Shown here: piece after piece, positions 59,929 to 64,000 of the stretch
Layout of the letters: each line of letters opens with the position of its first letter
Numbering within the stretch: the first letter of the stretch is position 1
Assembly (NCBI GenBank): GCA_963785725.1
Contig: CAWAWS010000022.1
Span: forward strand, 128,001-192,000
Source of the DNA: an uncultured delta proteobacterium
Lineage (GTDB): Bacteria; Myxococcota_A; Polyangia; Palsa-1104
Reading direction: 5' to 3'
DNA: 64,000 nucleotides
Position numbers and translations under genes: made by a program
Notes under the pieces: generated by a model
Seen by the model: the letters and a program-made list of their open reading frames with translations, nothing else
What the model was told of the DNA's origin: nothing
Databases searched by the model: none

Positions 59929-60999
59929 CTACGGCGTCGGCGTCACCTCGACGAACGTGACGGGCTCGGTAATGACCGCTGGCACGGCCGACAGGCTCCA
60001 TCCGAGCACGACGGGCGAGCTGCGCAGGAAATAGCCGTCGACAACTGCGCCGGAATGCATCAGTCGTTGCACTGGCACGTCATCGGCTGTGACATGCGCG
60101 TTCAGTGCGCTGCGACTGAGGCGATAGTGGCTGCCATGGACTTGCACTGCATCTGCCGTGCACGGCGAAATGCGCATCGTCAGAAGCTGGTCCTTGATCG
60201 CCACCAGCCGATCGACTGCGGCCGTCAGTGGCCCGGAGACGCGCTGCACCAGCTCGAAGCGGCAATTCCCACCGACAGTGTGAGCACTCACTCCGCTGGT
60301 CACCAGGTCGTACGTGCCACGGTCGCCAGCGAAGCTCATCACCTGAGCCGTCGATGGTTCTCCTGGATTACCGCTCAGCTCGAAGTCCTGGCGCTCACCG
60401 CGAATTACTTTCGTGACGACCCGGCGCACGAATGTCGCCGACAAATAGGCGCGCAACACTTCTAACTGCCCGGGCGCATAACTGGGATCTTTTGCCGCAT
60501 CGAGTGTGCACGACCGCAGGGCTAGTCGCGCCGCCTCCTTGAGGGCAGGAAACGGATCGCCGGCACCGACGCTTCCATCCACCACCGGCACGTTGCGCCC
60601 CAGCTTGGCTAGCAACGCCTTTACGGGCGGACCAGGCGAAACCACCACTACAACATCGGCAGCGCGTAGCAGATCAATGAGGTCGTCGTCGTCGACGCCC
60701 TCGCCCCAGACGGTGTCGACGGCAAAGCGTACGGTCAGTCCGTTCACCTGTGGCAGACTGGGGGCGAACGAGTAGGCGCGCCTAGTCAGCGTGCCGTGAT
60801 GAATATCCATGATGGACGAGATCTGTTCCGGTTTGGTTTTCTCCCAAACGGTCTTTGTCCAGTGTTGAGCCGTCGCTGTGTCACCGATGAAGGCGATGTG
60901 CAGCGTCATTTCCTTATGCTCGTGATCGACGAACAATGCAGAAGCCTCCCGCGGTAAGAGCGCAAGCAGTGTCACGGCGGCGGCGATGAACCCCTTCAT
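59929..60999 (-). CDS. exported protein with degenerate MglA-like small-GTPase domain and unknown C-terminal domain
   Basis: Signal peptide ending ASA; residues ~22-165 align by eye with MglA; P-loop degenerate. Confidence 0.75.
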   Translation of the reverse strand: MKGFIAAAVTLLALLPREASALFVDHEHKEMTLHIAFIGDTATAQHWTKTVWEKTKPEQISSIMDIHHGTLTRRAYSFAPSLPQVNGLTVRFAVDTVWGEGVDDDDLIDLLRAADVVVVVSPGPPVKALLAKLGRNVPVVDGSVGAGDPFPALKEAARLALRSCTLDAAKDPSYAPGQLEVLRAYLSATFVRRVVTKVIRGERQDFELSGNPGEPSTAQVMSFAGDRGTYDLVTSGVSAHTVGGNCRFELVQRVSGPLTAAVDRLVAIKDQLLTMRISPCTADAVQVHGSHYRLSRSALNAHVTADDVPVQRLMHSGAVVDGYFLRSSPVVLGWSLSAVPAVITEPVTFVEVTPTP

Positions 61000-61254
61000 C
61001 GCCGCACTCTATCTGGAAAGCCACTGCCGATCGAGGCGAGAGAGCCGGATGGTCCGCGCTCTCTGCCGCCGGCACGACGCGTTTCGCCGAACGAAAACCG
61101 TGAATGCGCGTACGTGAGCGAGTACCTCTCCGATCGCACCAACGACCGAAGGGCTCGAGGTCGCGCCGCTGGCGGGGCTCAGTGTGTTGACTTCACCGCG
61201 ACGCTTCGTTCGACGCACGCCGAGACCAAGATCGTCCACGCCACGGTCGGCCCC

Positions 61255-61843
61255 GGAATCGCATCGCCGTCGTCTACTCCGCGGGCTCGTTCCCGATCGC
61301 GGTTTTCGGCGGCGACATCAACGGTGACGGCAAGCTCGACCTGCTCGCCCTCAACGCCAGCTCGAACCTGGGCGTGCTCCTGGGCAACGGCGACGGCAGC
61401 TTTCAGCCGCAAATTACCTTGCCGTTGGCCCCGGCATTCCTCGCCTCGGCGACTTCAACGGCGACGGCAAGCTCGATGTCGTCATGGGGGGCGGCGACAC
61501 GGTCAGCGTGCTGCTCAACAACACCGTGTGCGAATGCGGCGCGCTCGGCGAGCCGTGCTGCGGCGGCACTTTCTGCACCGGCGCGACGTTGATGTGCTCC
61601 CCGACCGGCGAGGCGCTGGGCGTGCCCGCTTGCGGACACCGCGACGAAGCCTCACACGTGCACCAGCGGCCTGGCCTACGAAGGCTTGCGCTGCGTCTCC
61701 GCGAGCTGCGTCGAGTGCGGCGACGATCTGTCGAGCTGCGTCGCCGGCTGCGCGACCGATCCCACGCACGAGGCCATGTGCGACTGCTTGTGGGAGGGCC
61801 AATCCTGCGGCACCTGCGAATTCGACGTCTGCCCACGAAGTGA
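61255..61843 (+). pseudogene. FG-GAP/VCBS-repeat protein remnant
   Basis: GDINGDGKLDL…VLLGNGDGSFQ and GDFNGDGKLDVV in different frames, followed by a Cys-rich stretch; no start. Confidence 0.65.
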
Positions 61844-62226
61844 GGTTTCGAGGTAGGGACAGCACTCGGCCTGCACGCGCTTGTGTGGGCGCCCGCGCTG
61901 CTCCTGCCATGGGCGGCGTCGCGGACGACGCGCCGCCCGGGCAACGAAGCGGCGCTGGCGGCGGCGCTGTGCGTGATGATGCTCATCTTCCTCGCCCAGG
62001 CGGGCATCGAGCAAAGCGACCCGCCAGCGGCGGCGCTGGCGGCGACGGCGTGGATGCTGGCGGTGGCCGAGCGGCGCGCCGTCTTCGTGGCGGTGGCGTC
62101 GCTGGCCAGAAGGGGGCTCCCCGTGGATTTCAGCCGCGTTCGGCCGTCCGTGAAATTTGTAGGCGTTCGACAAACAGCGTCGTAGCGGCGGTGGATCGAT
62201 CGGCTATTCGTTCGCTGCAATGGGCA

Positions 62227-62340
62227 CGAGCACCACGCGAAGTATGGATCCGGCGGGTCGAGCGCTGGCGTGACAGCGGCCTGAGCGTGAAGGAGCTCGC
62301 GGAGCAGGCCGGCGTGGATTCGGACCGGCTCCGCCATCAG
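62227..62340 (+). mobile_element. IS66-family TnpA-like fragment
   Basis: REVWIRRVERWRDSGLSVKELAEQAGV HTH; no tnpB/tnpC or terminal repeats seen. Confidence 0.55.
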
Positions 62341-62393
62341 ACGGTGTCAGCCGCTGTCACCGGGTGACGGTGCCTTCGATGCGAAGTCGACCC

Positions 62394-63143
62394 TCATGGA
62401 AAGTGCAGCTTCAGGGGCGGCGGCGACAGTGTGCGTTTCTCGTTCTGGCGTATGAGCTCGTCGCGCTTGGCGTGCACTTCCAGCTGGTAGTCGACACCGG
62501 CAACGCGAAAGCGAAGCTTGCTGTGTGGCGGCTCGGACGCGCGACAATAGGTCGTGTATCCCGCGACGAAGGGATTGGTGCAACTCGGCGCGCCGCTCGC
62601 CCCCACCGCGCACACGACGACGCGTTGCTCGCATTGGTACCACGCGTCGAAGCGTGGATGCTCAAGCCACTGCGCCGTCTGACCGCACCTCCAATCGATA
62701 TACGATCCGCGAACGAGCAGCGCGCCGTCGCCGGTGCTCGTGATGTCATCGATCTCGGAGATGTAGCGCCCGCCATTGTGAGGAAACGACCTCACCCAAT
62801 CGTCCACCCAATCGTATCGGCGCTGCCACCAGCCGGCGTCGGTACGAAGAGCGAATTCGCAGCGCGCGAGTAAGCCGCCCCAATGAATGACACGCGCCTC
62901 GAGGAACGGCGGTCCAAGTTGCAGGGGCTCGAGTCCAGCAACGCCGCAGTCGCGTGGGGGCGTCGTGCACATGGCGGGGTCGGCCTCTTTCGCTCGGCAG
63001 AGGTCGGCAAGCGTGGCATAGGGGCCATCCATCGGCGCTGCGAACCTGTCCGTCGACGTCGTGGGAGTACCTGTGTCGCGAGGCGGCTCCGCGAATGCAG
63101 AGAGCCCGGAGAGCATGACGAGCGTGAGGAGTGTGGAGCGCAT
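62394..63143 (-). CDS. secreted Cys-containing hypothetical protein
   Basis: Signal peptide ending AFA; nine Cys. Confidence 0.7.
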   Translation of the reverse strand: MRSTLLTLVMLSGLSAFAEPPRDTGTPTTSTDRFAAPMDGPYATLADLCRAKEADPAMCTTPPRDCGVAGLEPLQLGPPFLEARVIHWGGLLARCEFALRTDAGWWQRRYDWVDDWVRSFPHNGGRYISEIDDITSTGDGALLVRGSYIDWRCGQTAQWLEHPRFDAWYQCEQRVVVCAVGASGAPSCTNPFVAGYTTYCRASEPPHSKLRFRVAGVDYQLEVHAKRDELIRQNEKRTLSPPPLKLHFP

Positions 63144-63217
63144 GGTCTACGTCAGAATACGCCCGTCACCGCCCACGGACTTCCCAGGCATCGTCGTTGA
63201 CGACACCTTAGTTAGCT

Positions 63218-63379
63218 AAGGAGCTCGCCAAGAAGAGCTACGCCGTCGACGTCGCCGACATCCTGCAATTGTCGGACGCAACCTTTCAGTACCTCGACGC
63301 CCAGTTCCGTCAGGTGACCGCTACGCTGAGCCTGAATCAGGCGTGGGCGAGGCTGCACTGGGCGCTCGGCCGGCCGTAG
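63218..63379 (+). pseudogene. TolC-family C-terminal fragment
   Basis: KELAKKSYAVDVADILQLSDA…AWARLHWALG*, with an in-frame stop just upstream. Confidence 0.55.
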
Positions 63380-63429
63380 CGACTCATACATCTCGACGCC
63401 CGGACCGCGGGCGCTACCTTTACCCTTCG

Positions 63430-64000
63430 ATGCGTGTCTACATCGAGCTCGGCTCGGTCTTGGCCGGAGCGCTGTCAGGCGCCCTCCATGGGCTGCGGCG
63501 CAAGTTCGACCTGGTCGGGATTGTCATCATCGCCATCGCGACCGGCCTCGGCGGCGGAATGCTGCGCGACGTGCTGTTGTCGCAGGGCCCTCCGGTCGCT
63601 CTCCGTCACGAGGCATATCTGCTGACGGCGCTCGCCGGCGGTGTCGTCTGCACGCTGTTCGCCACTCTGATCTCACGGCTCGGCTCGGCCCTGGCGCTCG
63701 CCGACGCCCTCTCCCTGGGACTCTTCGCCATCGCTGGCCTACAACGCGCCTACTCCGTCGGGCTCGCCTCCGGGTCCGCCATCTTCGTTGGCGTCGTCGC
63801 GGGCTGTGGCGGCGGCGTGGTGCGCGACGTGCTGTGCCGCGAGACGCCCGAGCTGCTGACGCCGGGCATCCCCAACGCAACCGCTGCCCTGCTCGCCTGT
63901 CTGGTCGATTCGACGGTCACTTCGCTTCTGAAGTGGGCCGAGCCGAGCGGACAGATCCTCGGGATTACTGCCTGCATGAGCGTCCGGCTCGTGGCTCTCC
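63430..64000 (+). CDS. TRIC / UPF0126 (YadS-like) membrane protein, runs off edge
   Basis: GALSGA…FDLVG…TGLGGGMLRDVLL…P…DALSLG.F…GGGVVRDVL…P. Confidence 0.9.
   Translation, partial: MRVYIELGSVLAGALSGALHGLRRKFDLVGIVIIAIATGLGGGMLRDVLLSQGPPVALRHEAYLLTALAGGVVCTLFATLISRLGSALALADALSLGLFAIAGLQRAYSVGLASGSAIFVGVVAGCGGGVVRDVLCRETPELLTPGIPNATAALLACLVDSTVTSLLKWAEPSGQILGITACMSVRLVAL

Noticed and set aside
62227..62340. Intact IS66 element
   Set aside because: Only a short TnpA-like fragment; no transposase, terminal inverted repeats or target duplication found.
63430..64000. TRIC gene as part of the potassium island
   Set aside because: About 50 kb away and lacks the shared promoter motifs.

Overview
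High-GC bacterial DNA. Gene content suggests Myxococcota/Polyangia (many lipoproteins, an MglA-like domain, sigma54-type promoters); this assignment is an inference. 0-13.7 kb is a potassium-uptake island: kup, a small membrane peptide, kdpFABC and a split KdpD sensor with no response regulator in the window. It is bracketed by two paralogous modules, each an outer-membrane beta-barrel plus an 84-aa 8-Cys lipoprotein. Five GG-N10-GC sigma54-type promoters (plus a weaker sixth for kup) with a shared TGCAACTTGCAA-like upstream repeat appear to tie the island into one regulon that includes two small unannotated ORFs. Next come a TetR/Rieske oxygenase pair, a cobalamin riboswitch-btuB-propeller lipoprotein unit, an alpha-keto-acid decarboxylase, and a propeller/di-heme cytochrome c gene coupled to an MsrQ-like gene. 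A two-gene unit with a putative permuted papain-like enzyme, a C-methyl-sugar/GT2/GT-C locus and the RDD-SpoIIM-DUF4129/4350-MoxR-DUF58 operon follow. The right end is a decayed accessory zone containing an apparently exported, P-loop-dead MglA-like protein. Several single-base indels (kdpA, kdpB, btuB, arsR) create false fusions in the ORF track and are most likely sequence errors. All family calls were made by eye, without database searches.
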